DNA of 64,000 nucleotides, taken from positions 36,543,959 to 36,607,958 of the forward strand of contig NC_057719.1 of NCBI RefSeq assembly GCF_004010195.1, given 5' to 3'. The DNA comes from Chiloscyllium plagiosum. Its lineage: Eukaryota. The notes below the pieces were generated by a model. That model saw only the letters and a list, made by a program, of their open reading frames with translations. It was not told where the DNA came from and searched no databases. Positions 12,778 to 27,200 of the stretch are shown here, one piece after another. Made by a program: the position numbers and the translations under genes. The stretch's first letter is position 1; every line of letters starts with the position of its first letter.

Positions 12778-14910
12778 GAGTCATAGAGATGTACATCACG
12801 CAAACAGACCCTTCAGTCCAACTCACCTATGCAGACCAGATATCCGAACCTAATCTAGTTCCATTTGCCAGCATTTGGCCCACATCCCTATAAACCCTTC
12901 CTGTTCATATACCCATCCAGATGCCTTTTAAATGTTGTAATTGTACCAGCCTCTGGCAGCTTATTCCATACACACACCACCGTCTGTGTGAAAAAGTTAC
13001 CACTTAGGTCCCTTTTAAATCTTTCCACTCTCACCCTAAATCTATGCCATCTAGTTCTGGACTCCCCCACTCCAGGGGAAAGACCTTGTCTATTTACCCT
13101 ATCCATGCCCTTCATGATTTTATAAACCTCTATAAGCTTCAGCCTCCGATGCTCTAAGGAAAACAGCCCCAGCCTATTCAGCCTTTACTGATAGCTCAAA
13201 CCCTCCAACCCTTTCAAGTTTCACAACATCTTTCCAATAGGAGGGAGACCAGATTTGCACACAATATTCAAAAAGTTACCGAACTAATGTCCTGTCCAGT
13301 CGCAACATGACCTCCCAGCTCCTTTACTTAATGCTCTGCCTAATAAAGGAAAGCATACTAAACCTCTTCTCACTATCCTATCTACTTGAGACTCCACTTT
13401 CAAGGAACTATGAACCTGTACTCCAAGGTCTCTTTGTTCAGCAACACTCCCCAGGACCTTACCATTAAGTGTATAAGTTCTGCCCTGTTTTGCCTTTCCA
13501 AACTCCATCTGCGACTCCTCGACGCATTCACCCACCTGATCAAGATCCTGTTGTACTCTGAGGTAACCTTCGTTGCTGTCCACTACACCTCCAATTTTAG
13601 GGTCATCTGCAAACTTACTAATTATACCTCCTATGTTCATATCCAAATCAATTATATAAATGATGAAAACCAGTGGACCTAGCACCAATCTTTGTGGCAC
13701 ACCACTGGTCACAGGCCTCCAGTCTGAAAAACAACCCTCCACCACCACCCTCTGTCTTTTACCTTTGAGCTAGTTCTGTATCCAAATGGCTAGTTCTCCC
13801 TGTATTCTATGAGATCTAACCTTGCTAACAGGTCTACCATGAGGAACCCTCTTCAACGCCTTACTGAAATCCATATAGAACACATCTACCACTCTGCCCT
13901 CATCAATTCTCTTTGTCGCTTCTTCAAAAAACTCAATCAAGCTCGTGAGACAAGATTTCCCACGCTCTAAGCCATGTTGACTATTCCTAATCATTAAATC
14001 CTATTCCTCAGAATTCCCTCCAACAACTTGCCCACCACCAATGTCAGGCTCACCTGTCTGAAGTTCCCTCGCTTTCCCTTGACACCTTTCTTAAATAGTG
14101 GAATCACGTTGGCCAACCTCCAGTCTTCTGGCACTTCACCTGTGATTATTGATGATACAAATATCACAAAAAGGAGCCCAGCAATCACTTTCCCAGCTTT
14201 TCACAGAGTTCCACGGTACACCTGATCAGGCCTTGGGGATTTATCCACCTTGCTGTTTTTTAAGACATCCCACACTTCCTCCCCTGTAATATGGACATTA
14301 TTCAAGATGTCACCATCTATTTCCCCACATTCTATATCTTTCATGTCCTTTCCCACAGTAAACACTGACACAAAATATTTATTTAGTATCTCCCCGAATT
14401 TCGGCTCCACATAAAGGCTGCCTTGCTGTTCTTTGAGGGTCCTATTCTCTCCCTAGTTAGCCTTTTGTCCTTAATGTATTTATAAAATCCCTTTAGATTC
14501 TCCTTAATTCTATTTGCCAAAGCTATCTCATGTACCCTTTTTGTCCTCCTGATTTCCCTGTTAAGTATGTTCCTACTGTTTTTATACTCTTCTAAGGATT
14601 CACTTGATCTCTGCTGTCTGTACCTGACATATTCTTACTCCTTTTTCTTAACCAAACCCTCAACTTCTTTAGTCATCCAACATTCCCTACACCTACCAGC
14701 CTTTCCTTTCACCCTAACAGGTACATACTATCTCTGAATTCTCATTATCTCATTTTTGAAGGCTTCCCATTTTCCAGCCGTCCCTTTACCTACGAACATC
14801 TGTCCTCGGTCAACTTTTGAAAGTGCTTGTCTAATACTGTCAAAATTGGCCTTCCTCCAATTTATAACTTTAACTTTTAGATCCTGTCTATCCTTTTCCA
14901 TCACTACTTT
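12778..14910 (-). mobile_element. CR1-clade LINE (HER1-like), 5'-truncated, frameshifted ORF2
   Basis: ORF pieces PEDWRLANVIPLFKKG, QHGLERGKSCLTSLIEFFEE, YMDFSKA, VTSGVPQRLVLGPLVFIIYI, KFADDPK. 3' end ...CATCTCTATGACTC. Confidence 0.92.
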
Positions 14911-15148
14911 AGACAGAGTTGAGGCAGAAGATCAGCTATTATTGTACTGAAGGGCAGACGAGATTCTAGGAACATACGGTTTACTCCTGCTCCTCAATCA
15001 GATGTTGTATTCTTATGTTCAGTGTTTTTTTTGGAAGTTCATTAAAGGAGTCAGAATGACATATTGAGTAATAGTATTAATGATGAATGATGAATGGTGT
15101 ATGGTAAATGATCTAATGCTACAGTAAGCATGCCTCATTTACATTAAC

Positions 15149-15364
15149 AACAATAGAAATTGCTGGAAAAGCTCAGCAGGTCTGGCAGCATCTGCAGAAA
15201 GATATCAGAGTTAACCTTTCGGGTCCATTGATCTTTCCTCAGAACCGGAATGGTCTCACTTGACCCAAAACATTAACTCTGATTTCTCTCCATAGATGTT
15301 GCCAGAGCTTTTCCTGCAATTTCTGTTTTTGTTTTTGGTTCACTGCATCTGCAGTTCTTTCAAT
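15149..15364. mobile_element. Short Penelope-like insertion with inverted arms and degenerate hammerhead (family D)
   Basis: Imperfect TSD CCTCAT(T/C)TAC(A/T)TTAAC at 15133-15148 and 15365-15380. Minus-strand gttCTGAGGAAAGATCAATGGACCCGAAAGGTTaac at ~15210-15245. Confidence 0.65.
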
Positions 15365-16314
15365 CCTCATCTACTTTAACTTAGCATTTGGTCACACTGG
15401 GCTATAATGTAATCTCATTTCGCAAATTGTACACAAACAGGATTTGTGAACAAACACTGGTAATCAAGCTTTCCGGTGCCTGCATTTCAGCTCTCATGTA
15501 CTATTTGAGATGAAATAATCTTTGGTTACACAGGGTTGTAACAGTAATTATAAGTTACAAAATCAACTACACTCTAGCCAAGCACAATATGTATTCTTTT
15601 AGCAGGTTAGATGTTTCTCTGTAGTTTTTTTACAATGCATAAATCCATTCCAGAGTAACTGCATATCTCCCAGATTCAGTCTTTCAAACAAGGAATACAT
15701 TTTAAAACCAATTTAGTAAGCATGTCTGTTAGAATGATACATTTCAGTTGTCTTTATACGAATAGCTGCAGAAACAAAATTTTCCACACCCCATCATTAG
15801 GTGAGATACTGTTCATCATTCTTCTTCTGTTCTTTGCTCAAAAACAGGTTTGAACATTGTGTCTTGATATGCACTACAAGTAGGGCAAGTTGGTAGGTCC
15901 TGTAAACCATCCCAAGCATAATGTGGATTGAATCCTGTACTGTTGGCATCAAACTAATCCACATCAACTATCTAGCAACTGAACCAAAACATCTCCAAGG
16001 AGTCCAAGTTGCTGTGGTAACATACATTTGGCGTATGAATATGGAAAAGGAAAACATCATTCCACCCTTTCAGCCTCTCTGCCATTGTAAGATTATAGTT
16101 AATCTAACTGTAAATTCCGATCTGCATTCCCACCTTCCCCTGATAACTTTTCACGCCCTTTGCTTAACAAGAACCTATCTCTGCCTTTAAAATAATCAAG
16201 GACTCTGCTTCCAATATGTTTTCAGGAAGTGGCCCTCTGAGAGGATAAAACTATTTCAATCTTCTAAACAGTGACCCTACTTCTAGACTGTCTCTTAAGG
16301 AAACATCCTCTCTA

Positions 16315-17780
16315 TGTCATAGAGTCATAGAGATGTACAGCATGGAAACAGACGCTTCGGTCCAACCCGTCCATGCCGACCAGATATCCCAACCCAATCT
16401 AGTGCCCCCTGCCAGCACCCAGCCCATATCGCTCCAAACCCTTCCTATTCATATACCCATCTAAATGCCTTTTAAATGTTGCAACTGTACCAGCCTCCAC
16501 CACTTCCTCTGGCAGCTCATTCCATACACACACCACCCTCTGTGTGAAAAAGTTGCCCCTCAGGTCTCTTTTATATCTTACCCCTCTCACCCTAAACCTA
16601 TGCCCTCTAGCTCTGGACTCCCCCACCCCAGGGAAAAAACTTTGTCTATTTACCCTATCCATGCCCCTCATAATTTTGTAAACCTCTAATAAAGTCACCC
16701 CTCAGCCTCCAACGCTCCAGGGAAAACAGTCCCAACCTGTTCAGCTCCTCCCTATAGCTCAAATCCTCCAACCCTGGTAAAATCTTTGTAAATCTTTTCT
16801 GAACCCTTTCAAGTTTCACAACATCTTTCCGATAGGAAGGAGACCAGAATTGCATGTAATATTCCTACAGTGACCTAATCAATGTCCTGTACAGCCGCAA
16901 CATGACCTCACAACTCCTGTACTCAGTACTCTGACCAATAAAAAAAAGCACACAAAACGCCTTCTTCACTATCATATCTACCCTCAACTCCACTTTCAAG
17001 GAGCTATGAACCTACACTCCAAGGTCTCTCTGTTTGGCAACACTCCCTAGGACCTTACCATTAAGTATATAAGACTTGCTTTCCCAAAATGCAGCACCTC
17101 ACATTTATCTGAATTAAACTCCATCTGCCACTTCTCAGCCCATTGGTCCATCTGGTCCAGATCCTGTTGTAATCTGAGGTAACCCACTTCGCTGTCCACT
17201 ACACCTCCAATTTTGGTGTCATCTGCAAACTTATTAACTGTACCTCTTATGCTCGCATCCAAATCATTTATGTAAATGACAAAAAGTAGAGAACCCAACA
17301 TGGATCCTTGTGGCACTCCACTGGTCACAGCCTCCTGTGTGGCACCTTGTCAAAGGCCTTCTTGAAATCCAGGTAGATAATATCCATTGGCTCACCTTGG
17401 TATAACCTGCTCATTACTTCCTTGAAGAATTCTAACAGATTTGTCAGTCATGACCTCCCCTTGACGATAGCATACTGACTTTGCTCTATTTTACTATACA
17501 CATCCAAGTACTCAGAAATCTCATCCTTCACAATGGACTCCAAAACCTTACCCATGAACGAGGTTAAGCTAATCAGTCTGTCACTTTCCATCTTTTTTAG
17601 GGGTGTCATTTTAGTGATTTTCCAGTTCTCTGAGACCACCCCTGACTCTAGCGATTCCTGAAAGATCACCTATAATGCCTCCACTATCTCTTCAGCTATC
17701 TCCTTTAGAATTCTTGGATGTAGTTATCTGGTCCAGATGATTTATCCACCTTCAGGCCATTCAATTTTTCTAGCACCTAT
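16315..17780 (-). mobile_element. CR1-clade LINE (3' ~1 kb) joined to an older CR1 fragment at ~17340-17780
   Basis: VTSGVPQGSMLGSLLFVIYINDLD, KFADDTKIGG, QFWSPSYRKDVVKLERVQKRFT. 3' end CTCTATGACTCTATGAC. Confidence 0.92.
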
Positions 17781-18554
17781 ATGTAGGAGAAACACGGCTT
17801 CATTTCTCCAAAACAAATTCCATAAATCAGATAAACTAAAGTAGAAATGTTGCCTGGAACATTATGAAAAAAAATCATTATAATTCTGGAACCAATGAAT
17901 AATTTCCTGTGAGACAAAATAACTGCTAGAATGTCATAAAGTGAAGCTGCGGATAGCATCACAATGAGCAAAGAAACATTTTTTTCCCCACAACATCATT
18001 TTAGACCTGCCAACACAGTCTAGTAATTTGGCCACTAAATAATAGCACAAAAGATATGTAATGGTGTGACATTTTAAGAAAATTAGATGTTTCAGACATT
18101 GATGTTAACGTCATGCCAGTCTTTTATCACATCAACATAAAATGCAAAGCATTACTCACCGGTGATCTTTGCTGAATGACTGAATAGTTTGTGGACAATA
18201 ATTTACGTTTGTACCTCTGATAAGAATAATTCAATTAAAAGGCTTGTTTTGCTTGCTGATGTCATATACAAAGCATCTTCACTGGTTACAGGGCAATATA
18301 GTTTATGACAAGGACAATGAAAGAAATCTCTGAACTGAAAGCTACTGTTGCATCTGCCATCCTTTCTTGGAAAAAAAAAGCACCTCTTCACAAATGGTTA
18401 ATTTATGTTTATAACATCCTAATATCAACATACTTCATTTCACTTAGTAAGACAAGACTCCCCATACAGGTTGTTTAAGCTCTCTTTTGTATAATCCAAA
18501 ATTTGCAAGATGGTGCACAATTAAAACCAAGGAAGCAGAATTAGTCAGCAACTT

Positions 18555-19495
18555 TTTGTCAATTATATAAATGATTTGGATGTGAACATAGGAGGTATAG
18601 TTAATAAGTTTGCAGATGACACCAAATTTGGAGGTGTAGTGGATAGTGAAGAAGGTTACCTCACAGTACAATGGGATCTTGGTCAGATGGGCTAACGGGC
18701 TGAGGAGTGGCATGCAGAGTTTAATTTAGATAAATGTGAGGTGCTGCATGTTGGAAAAGCAAATCAGAACACTTAATGGTAAGGTCCTGGGGAGTGTTGC
18801 AGAACAAAGAGACCTCAGAGTGCAGGTTTATGGTTCCTTGAAAGTGGAGTTTCAGGTAGATAGGATAGTGAAGAAGGTGTTTGGTATCTTTCCTTTATAC
18901 TGAATACTGGAGTTGGGAGGTCATGTTGCGGCTATACAGGACATTGATTAGGCCAGTTTCGGAATATTATATGCAATTCTGGTCTTCCTCCTATCAGAAG
19001 GATGCTGTGAAATTTGAAGGGGTTCAGAAAAAATTTACAAGGATGTTGCCAAGGTTGGAGGATTTGAGCAATATGGAAAGGCTGAATAGGCTGGGGTTGT
19101 TTTCCTTAGAGCATCGGAGGCTGAGGGATGACCTTACAGAAGTTTATAAAGTCATGAGGGGCATGGATAGGGTAAATAGACAAGGTCTTTTCCCTGGGGT
19201 GGGGGAGTCCAGAACCAGGGGGCATAGCTTTAGTGTGAGAGGAGAAAGATTTAAAAGAGACCTAAGGGGCAATCTTTTCATTCAGAGGGTGGTGTGTGTA
19301 TGGAATGAGCTGCCAGAGGAAGTGGTGAAGGCTGGTACAATTACAGCATTTAAAATGGGTATATGAATAGGAAGGGTTTAGAGAGATATGGGCCAAGTCC
19401 TGGCAAATGGGACTAGATTAGATTAGGATATCTGGTCAGCGTGGACAAGTTGGACCGAAGGGTCTGTTTCTGTGCTGTACATCTCTATCACTCTG
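18555..19495 (+). mobile_element. CR1-clade LINE 3' portion
   Basis: YINDLD, KFADDTK, LYRTLIRP, RRLRDDLTEVYK. 3' tail GTACATCTCTATCACTCT. Confidence 0.92.
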
Positions 19496-22400
19496 TTATT
19501 GCCCATGAAATGTTGTTCTATTCTCCAACTGCACAGAGTAAATTTCTTGGTCTTTTTAAAATCGTTTTTTCTTAATCACCTTACAACATTTTTTACATTA
19601 AAGGTGTTGTATAAATGCAACTTGCCAAATTTTCCTAAATAATACTGCCCGTAATACAGATTAATTCCTTTCTTCATTTTGTCAGTCCTTAAGGAAGAAA
19701 TGAAAGAAGAGGACAATGGAAAAACAATTTCTACCTTCTGTTCCACTCAGTTTATATAGAAGAAATAGATACTTTGCTTGCCTATTAGCAGAAGAAATCA
19801 CTGTTTTATTAAAACACTGGCTGGTGCTGCCCAAATATGTTGGATTTCTTAAGTAAAAGACCTGGACTCTAGTAGATCTAAGTTGGCAAACAGAGCAAGG
19901 AATTTGATACTACTTCATTCTTAACTACTACTTTATTTTAAAGCATTCTCAAATACATGTTGTTAAGGACTATTTAGATAAAGTAGAATTAGATTATCAT
20001 GATGCCTCAATACAATACTCATTAATTTCTTTGGGGATGTCTTTTCATTCTGTTTAAAAAATGATATAAAAGTAACATCTAAAGGCAATTATTTTTATCA
20101 GGTAAAGCAAAGTAAATGTAATCTTCTGCAAATAATCTGTATTTTCAATCCAATAAAAACTAGTTCAAAAGCTCAATCAAAACTAGTTTCTCTATTTGCT
20201 AAAGTTGTTTCCAAAACTAATTTAATTTATTGCTTAAATATTGGTAAAAATGGACAAGAACTTGAAGCTTTTCACCAGGAATTCATCAGAACTAGGATGC
20301 AAGTGATTCGAAAGCAAGAGGAAAACTTTAGCTACATGTCTCATTTCAGCAAAGACAAATTGAATTATAGTCAATTTGTATAGAGATCACTGAAAATGGA
20401 TGGAGTTAGTAGAAATTAAACTAATATAAAATGAGATATCTTACATTACATCAGTTTATTTGACTCTGGAAACATTAGCCAATATGGATACACTATAGTT
20501 ACCTCCACTGCCACAGTTCTGTGTGCTGTTCTTGCAGAGATGAACAGCTAAGCAAGAAGATAAAGAATGAGTTGTGATTTGCGTATGTATTTATGCTAAA
20601 TTTACTGCCAAAGCAGAACACATTTGTCCTACAATCTTTCTATGCTGTCGAATAGCATGTTGCTCTTCATTTTGAGTCAGAATCAATTTATCAGACAAAC
20701 TAACAGATATTCTATCAGTTCTGGTTCGTAGCTCACTTTGGTTATTAGGGTCTGTTACATTAAATTAATTAATACAATAAAATTAATAGTACCATTGTAA
20801 ATGCAATACACATATATATGGAAGGATGGTTGAAGTTTTGAAGCTTCAGTAGCTGTCTGGGGTAATGATCTTGCGGATCATTGTCAGGATGGGAGTTGAG
20901 GAGTTGGATTTGAGGTGGAACCCAGACTCGTGTCTTCTTTCAATATGATCACAAGCTCTGTTCTTTTGGTGCAGGACAATTGGCAGGGAGATGACAGCAT
21001 TATATTATACAACTGAGAGTGAGAAGACAAAGACACGTTATAATTAACAGGATGTCTTTGGCACTGTTAAACCTACAGGACAGCGCTCGATGTCACTTTC
21101 ACTGAAAGAAGGACAGAGACAGAATCTATAACATGGCTCTCTTGTAATGCAGTAGCAGTGTTCCTACCCCTGGACCCTGGCTGAGTTTAAATCCCACCTG
21201 CTCCAGAGATGTGTAATAACATCTCTAAACAGGTTGATAAGAAAAATATACATTTTTAATGTTCCTCACTGTGATACATCCAACCAAATATGGTACAATG
21301 TATTCCCTTTCATATAACAAAATTGTGAGTATTTTCATTTGTGTACAACTTAAATGTTCTTCTAGAATCCTTTAATGCGGAAAACTTGGAACACAGGCTT
21401 TATAACATTGGGCTTGAGACAATCAATCTTTAAACATATACTGTAACTTCCTTTGATTTAGAAATACAAGTGTTTACTTGAACATAGACACTAACACACT
21501 AAATTCAGTTGAAGCCTATGCTTTAAAAAAAGCAGAGCAGAGATATTGCACACTGATGTAATTAATAGGTTGCCAGTTATAGTTGTTATTAGATACAAGA
21601 ATTATTTAAATAGCCAATTTTGCACCACAAGGTGTGTAATCTATTGGTGTAGAAAATGGCTGTTGTCATTTTCCTAATGACAGAGGTCTCACATTTTATT
21701 CCATTTGTATTTATTCTGAATAAATATGTATGAAAAAAGAAATCATTTCTGTCCTTTGCACAAACAGCCCTTTATAGTATTTCATTATCTAGGGAGCGAT
21801 ATGCCTTTACATGACATCTTTCACATCTCCAGAAGTTTCAAGCATTTCATAGATAAGTAAATACTTTTGAATTTTGGGTATTTGTTGAAAATACAATGTA
21901 AACGGCAGACATAAATGATTAGTTAAATTAACTCCCTCCAAGCAGCCAAATCCACCTCCCATTCAGCCCATTGAGTCTGTTCTGCCATTCAATGAGATCA
22001 CGGCTTATCTAATAAAGCTCAATTCCACATTTCTGCCTTTTTCCTGTCATTTTTGACTCCTTGTTAACTTCATCTACTATCTCTTCTGCCTGCAGGCATT
22101 CAAATGTTACTTAGCAGTGAGTCAATATTTCAGATAAAATTTGTATATTATTGCTCAATATCCACTTCTCTGGGATGATGTTCAATTCACTTTCAAAGTA
22201 TACTTGGTTAATATTCCAAAAACACAAGCAATTTACATTTTTAATGCCAAGTCCTCTGCCATAAGTATTAACACATTATTATGTCAGTCATCTTTACAAT
22301 TTATAGTGCATTTCATTAGACACTGCTTCTGTGCATAATATTTCCATAGCTACCTTTTCATCACTTGTCAGGCAATGGTGATCCTGTCTAGAAGGCACAA

Positions 22401-24127
22401 CTACGAATCAGTTATTCTTAAATCAGAGCATTATTAACAGTGGTGACAGAATCTGCCAACATGTCTTTCATTAAATGCCACTACTTAGTTTATAGTTTCA
22501 GTGCAGTAATCATCTTGCTTAGTTACATTTCTTTGACTTAGTAATTTGACTAGTTTGTCACTGCTCTGTGAATCAAGGTACCATGTCATATTTATTGTGC
22601 TATTAAAATTACAACTTTTTTTTTACAGCTTCTATTGTTGATTTGATTTAAGAACAACATGGTCAATTGCATCTACAGAATTCCAATCAGCATGATCCTA
22701 AAACAAGAGACGGTACATCAGCTTTAAGATACAGCAGACTGTGACATGAGACAGCAAGCATCTGGAGCAAATTGGTAAGTAAATGTTTATTGCTGATTCC
22801 TATACGTGGATTTTCTAAACACATAATTAATCTAAAGTGCACTTTACAGAAGACAATGTCACATCATGCATAACCCTGGGAATGACATGAAGTCAATGGG
22901 TGAACACGTTTCAGAAGTTTCTGATAAAATAACTGTACTCAAAGGATATAGCATTCTCAGAATTCTGTTCTGGTTGTTTTCTAGACTAAATACAAACATT
23001 TCCAATGACAGAACTGATATAGCTTAGACAAAAAGAGAAGTTGTAACCTTACAGAAGAAACCTGATGGTTGAGATGTGCAGCAAATCATACTGGACACAG
23101 AAAATTTGATGAACTCGCAAATGCTTCAGCCCAAATTATATTACTTAATCAGCAGAATGTACCTATTAGATTGGCCCTTCTGGGTTAGACAAGATTCCCC
23201 TAATAAAAATTATAGCATCTCTTATTCCTTATATTTTTGAAGAAATATCAATTCCTATTGACTGCATGTCATTCCCAGGATTACACTCGATCCAACACTG
23301 CATTCTGTAAAGTGCTCTTCAGATTAATAAAGTGAGATGTCACTGTAATATGTGATTCACACTTCCATGATGATAACGCTTCAATTATGTTTACTTTAAT
23401 TACTATCCTACTTTCTTTCAGTTGAACTGAAAAAATACTCCTGGTTCCTCAGAATAGGAATTCATAAAAATAACAAAGACTTACAGCATATAGAAAGCCA
23501 TTCTGTGCCAGCCAAAAACAAAAAGTGATCCACCTTCATCCTATTTTCTATTTCTTGGCCCACGACCATTTCTTGACCCACGAATATGAGTGCAAATTAA
23601 CTTAATGTTTAAAAACATGATGAGGATTTCTACTATCCGTTCAAGCTGTGAATACAGGAGAAGAAATCTGACAAAATATTAGTGGATTCAGAGTTGGTAG
23701 AAGCAATGGACAGATGAAAGTCGAGATGAAGGTACTGGAAAGGTTGACTATACTTACAACCAATAAGACACCCTGCCTGGATGATTTGGAACCCTGGTTA
23801 CTGATGGAATGAAGATGGAGAAAGTAGAAGCAAGTTCTTGCCATAATGTTTCAATCTTCTATAGTTACAGGGAAAGTACTAGGGTATTAGGGAGTGATAA
23901 ATGTGACACCATTATTAAAAAAATAATAATAATTCTACCAGACGCAGGGAGAGGCCAATTAACATCAACATTGGACAAGAATTAAGAAAGAACAATCAAA
24001 GCAAAAATAAATATGTCTCAAGGGCTATTAAGGATGGGCAATCAATGGAGACCTAGCTGGAAAGGTCCATTCCCTGAATTCATTAAAAATAAGTTGTAAA
24101 AGGCAGATTGTATTTGCCTAACCTAAC

Positions 24128-24780
24128 CAGTGGTAATATTGCTAGACTATTAATCCAGAAAGCCAGCTAATGTTCTGAGGAGCCAAGTTCAACAGATGTG
24201 GAATTCAATTGATAAAAATTGGAATTAACAATCTATTGATGAAACCGTAGGTGATTGTCAAAAAAGTCCATCTGGTTCACTAATGTCCTTCAGGGAAGGA
24301 AATTTGTTATCCTCACCTGGTCTGGGCTACATGTGAGTCCAGAGCCACAGCAATGCTGTTGACTCTCAACTGCCCTCTGAAGTAGCCTAGCAAGCTATTA
24401 GTTGTAACAATTGCAATGAACTCTTAACAAAGAAAGAAACCAGCTAGACCATTTGGCATCAACCTCAGCACCGGAAATGACAGCAACAGAAGTAGCCCTG
24501 TCGACCCTGAAAAGTCCTCCTTACTAACATCAGGGGGCTAGAGCAGACTAGTTGGCAGTACTAACTCAAGTATGAGTTCAATTCAGGCCAAATCAGATGA
24601 GGATGGCAGATTTTCTTCCTTGAAGGATATTAGTGATCCAGATGGTTTTATTCTGATCATCAACAATGGTTTCTTAATTCCAGGTATGTTTTTAATAGAA
24701 TTTAAATTCCACAATCTACCAAGCTGGGATTCAAAGGTGCCCAGAACATTAGCTGACAGCCTGATTAGTCTAGTAACGGA
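24128..24780. mobile_element. SINE-like repeats (DeuSINE/SacSINE-type), + at ~24128-24420 and - at ~24545-24780
   Basis: GGGAAGGAAATTTGTTATCCTCACCTGGTCTGGGCTACATGTGAGTCCAGA core. Related copies at ~28450-28740 and ~51770-51940. Family name is tentative. Confidence 0.55.
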
Positions 24781-27200
24781 ATCAAACCTCAGTGTCCCAG
24801 TCGTCAGTCATCATTATCTCTGGATAATGTCCTGTGCCACTGGTAAGACAGACCTAGCACAGGTGGCAGGACAATGATATGCAGTCAGAAGGACCTTGTC
24901 CTAACAGTTCTCAACTTTGACTCCGCACCCCATGGTTTTTGGTTAAACATGGGCAAGGAAAACTCCTGCTGATTACCACCTACTGTTCTCCCATGGCTGA
25001 TGAATCAATATTCCTCCAACAACACTTGGAGGAAACACTGAAGGAAGCAAGGGTGTAAAATGCACTCTGGGTGGAGGAAGGATGACCATCGCATAGTCCA
25101 TGTTCAGATGAAATTTTGTCTTCACATTCGACAATACCCTCCAGCACTGTGTGTGGCACTTTTACCACAGACTTTGAACATATCTAGCATCCACGAGATG
25201 CTACAGGCCATCAACAGCAGCAGAACTGTATTCCAGCGGAATTTGCAACCTCATGATCTGGCACATTCCCCAACTTAAGCCAGGGGATCTGCCCTGATTC
25301 AATGAAGACTGCAGGAAGGCATGCTAAGGGCAGCACTAGGCATATTTAAAATGAGGTGTCAACCTGGTGAAGCTGCCAAACACATCCAGTTGAGAATGGT
25401 GGTGGACAATTTAACAACTCATTGGAAGATAAAATTCTGTAAATATCCCCATCCTTAAAGATGGAAGAACCCAACACATCTGTACAAAAAATAAAGCTGA
25501 AACAATCCCACAATCTTCAGCCAGAAGTGTAGAGTGGATGATCCATCTCAGCCTGCTCCAGTGATTTGCAGCAACACAGTTGCCAGTCTTCAGCCAATCA
25601 TTCCACACGATGTCAAGAAATGTTGGAGGCAAAAAGAGTCCCTGACAACACTCTGGGAATAGTACTGAAGACTTCTGCTCCAGGTTAGCACTGCTGCCTC
25701 ACAGCACCAGGGTGCCAGGTTCGATTCCAACCTCGGGCGACGCTCTGTGTGGAGTTTGCACATTCTCCCCGTGTCTGTGTGGGTTTCCTCCCACAGTCCA
25801 AAGATGTGCAGGTCAGGTGAATTGGCCATGCTACATTGCCCATAGTGTTAGGTGCATTAGTCAGAGAGAAATGGGTCTGGGTGGGTTACTTTTCAGAGGG
25901 TCGGTGTGAATTAGTTGGGCCAAAGGGCCTGTTTCCACACTGTAGGAAATCTAATCTAATCCAATCAAACTTGCTGCTCCCGTAGTCAAGCTTTTCCAGT
26001 ACAGTTACAACACTGGCACCTGCCCAACAATGTTATAGAAAATTGCTCAGATATGTCCCGTACACAAAAAGTAGGACAAATCCAACTAACCAATTACTGC
26101 CTCATTAGTCAATTCTCGATCATGAGTAAAGTAATGGAAAGCTATCAAGAAGCAGCTGCTCAGCAAAACCTGTTCAGTGATGCCCTGTTCGGGTTCCGCC
26201 TCCTGACCTCATTGCTGCCTTGGTTCAAACATGGACAAAAAAGATGAATTCCAGAGGAAAGGTGCGATTGACAACCCTTGATATGAAGACTAAGTGTGAC
26301 ATCAGGAGCCGTAGTAAAAGTGGAATCAATAGGATTCAGGGAGAATACTCTTCGCTAGCTCAAGTCACATCTGAAACAATAGCAAGATGATTCTGGTTGT
26401 TGGAGGTCAGTCATCTCAGCTCCAGGACATCTCTTCAGCAATTTCTCAGGAGAGTGTCCTGAGAAGATGGCCCAACCATCTTCAGGTGCTTCATGAATGA
26501 CCTTCCTTCTATCCTAAGGTCGAAGTGGGGATGTTTGATGATGATTGCCCAATGTCCAGCACCTCTCGCAAATCTTCAGATACTGAAGCAGCCCACACTC
26601 AAATGCAACAAGATCTGGACAACATCCAGGCTTGGGATGACCAGTAGCAAGCCGAATCGCACAACTGCCAGGCAATCACCATCTCCAATAAGAGACAATC
26701 TACCCAAAACAAACTATAAGACATTCCATAGTGTTAGCATCACTGAATCCCCCACAATGAACATCTGGGGGAATTCCATTGACCAGCAACTCAACCGGAC
26801 CCACCACATGAACATACTAGCTACAACGGCTGGTCAAAGGGTAGGAATACTATAGCAAGTAACTCACCTCCTGACTCCCAAAGCTTCTTGACCATGCTTA
26901 AGGAACACATCAGGAGTACTGCTCACTTGCTTGGATGATGGTAGCTCCAATAGCATACCAGAAGGTGGACACCATCAAAGACAAAGCAGCTTGCTTTGAT
27001 TGGCACCACATCTACAAGCATTTACTGCCTTGTCCACTGACACTCAGTAGCAATAGTGTGTACAATCTACAAGATGCACTGCAGAAATGCATAAAGTTCA
27101 AGAAGGCAGTTCACCACCACCTTCTGAAGAACAACCAATGATGGGCAATAAATGCTGGCCAGCCACTAATGCCAGTGACCCACAAGTGAACAAAATGAGG
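24780..27200 (+). mobile_element. Degenerate CR1/L2-group LINE of a second family, interrupted by a SINE
   Basis: Remnants NYCLISQFSIMSKVME, FSDALFGFR, GPTIFRCFMNDLPS. The 3' tail GGGCAATAAATGCTGGCCAGCC is shared with ~43600-44070, ~46620-47030, ~50770-51010 and 60060-61110. Confidence 0.7.
25683..25960 (+). mobile_element. tRNA-derived SINE (V-SINE/HE1-like)
   Basis: GGTTAGCACTGCTGCCTCACAGC...GGTTCGATTCC, ending in (AATCT)n. Homologous to 7415-7730. Confidence 0.85.

Noticed and set aside
18150..18400. Possible WDR25 exon (minus donor GTGAGT at ~18154-18159, 'SAKIT' resemblance)
   Set aside because: Flanking translation does not match WDR25 (IIAWDF..SAKISNQIFHE); chance similarity.
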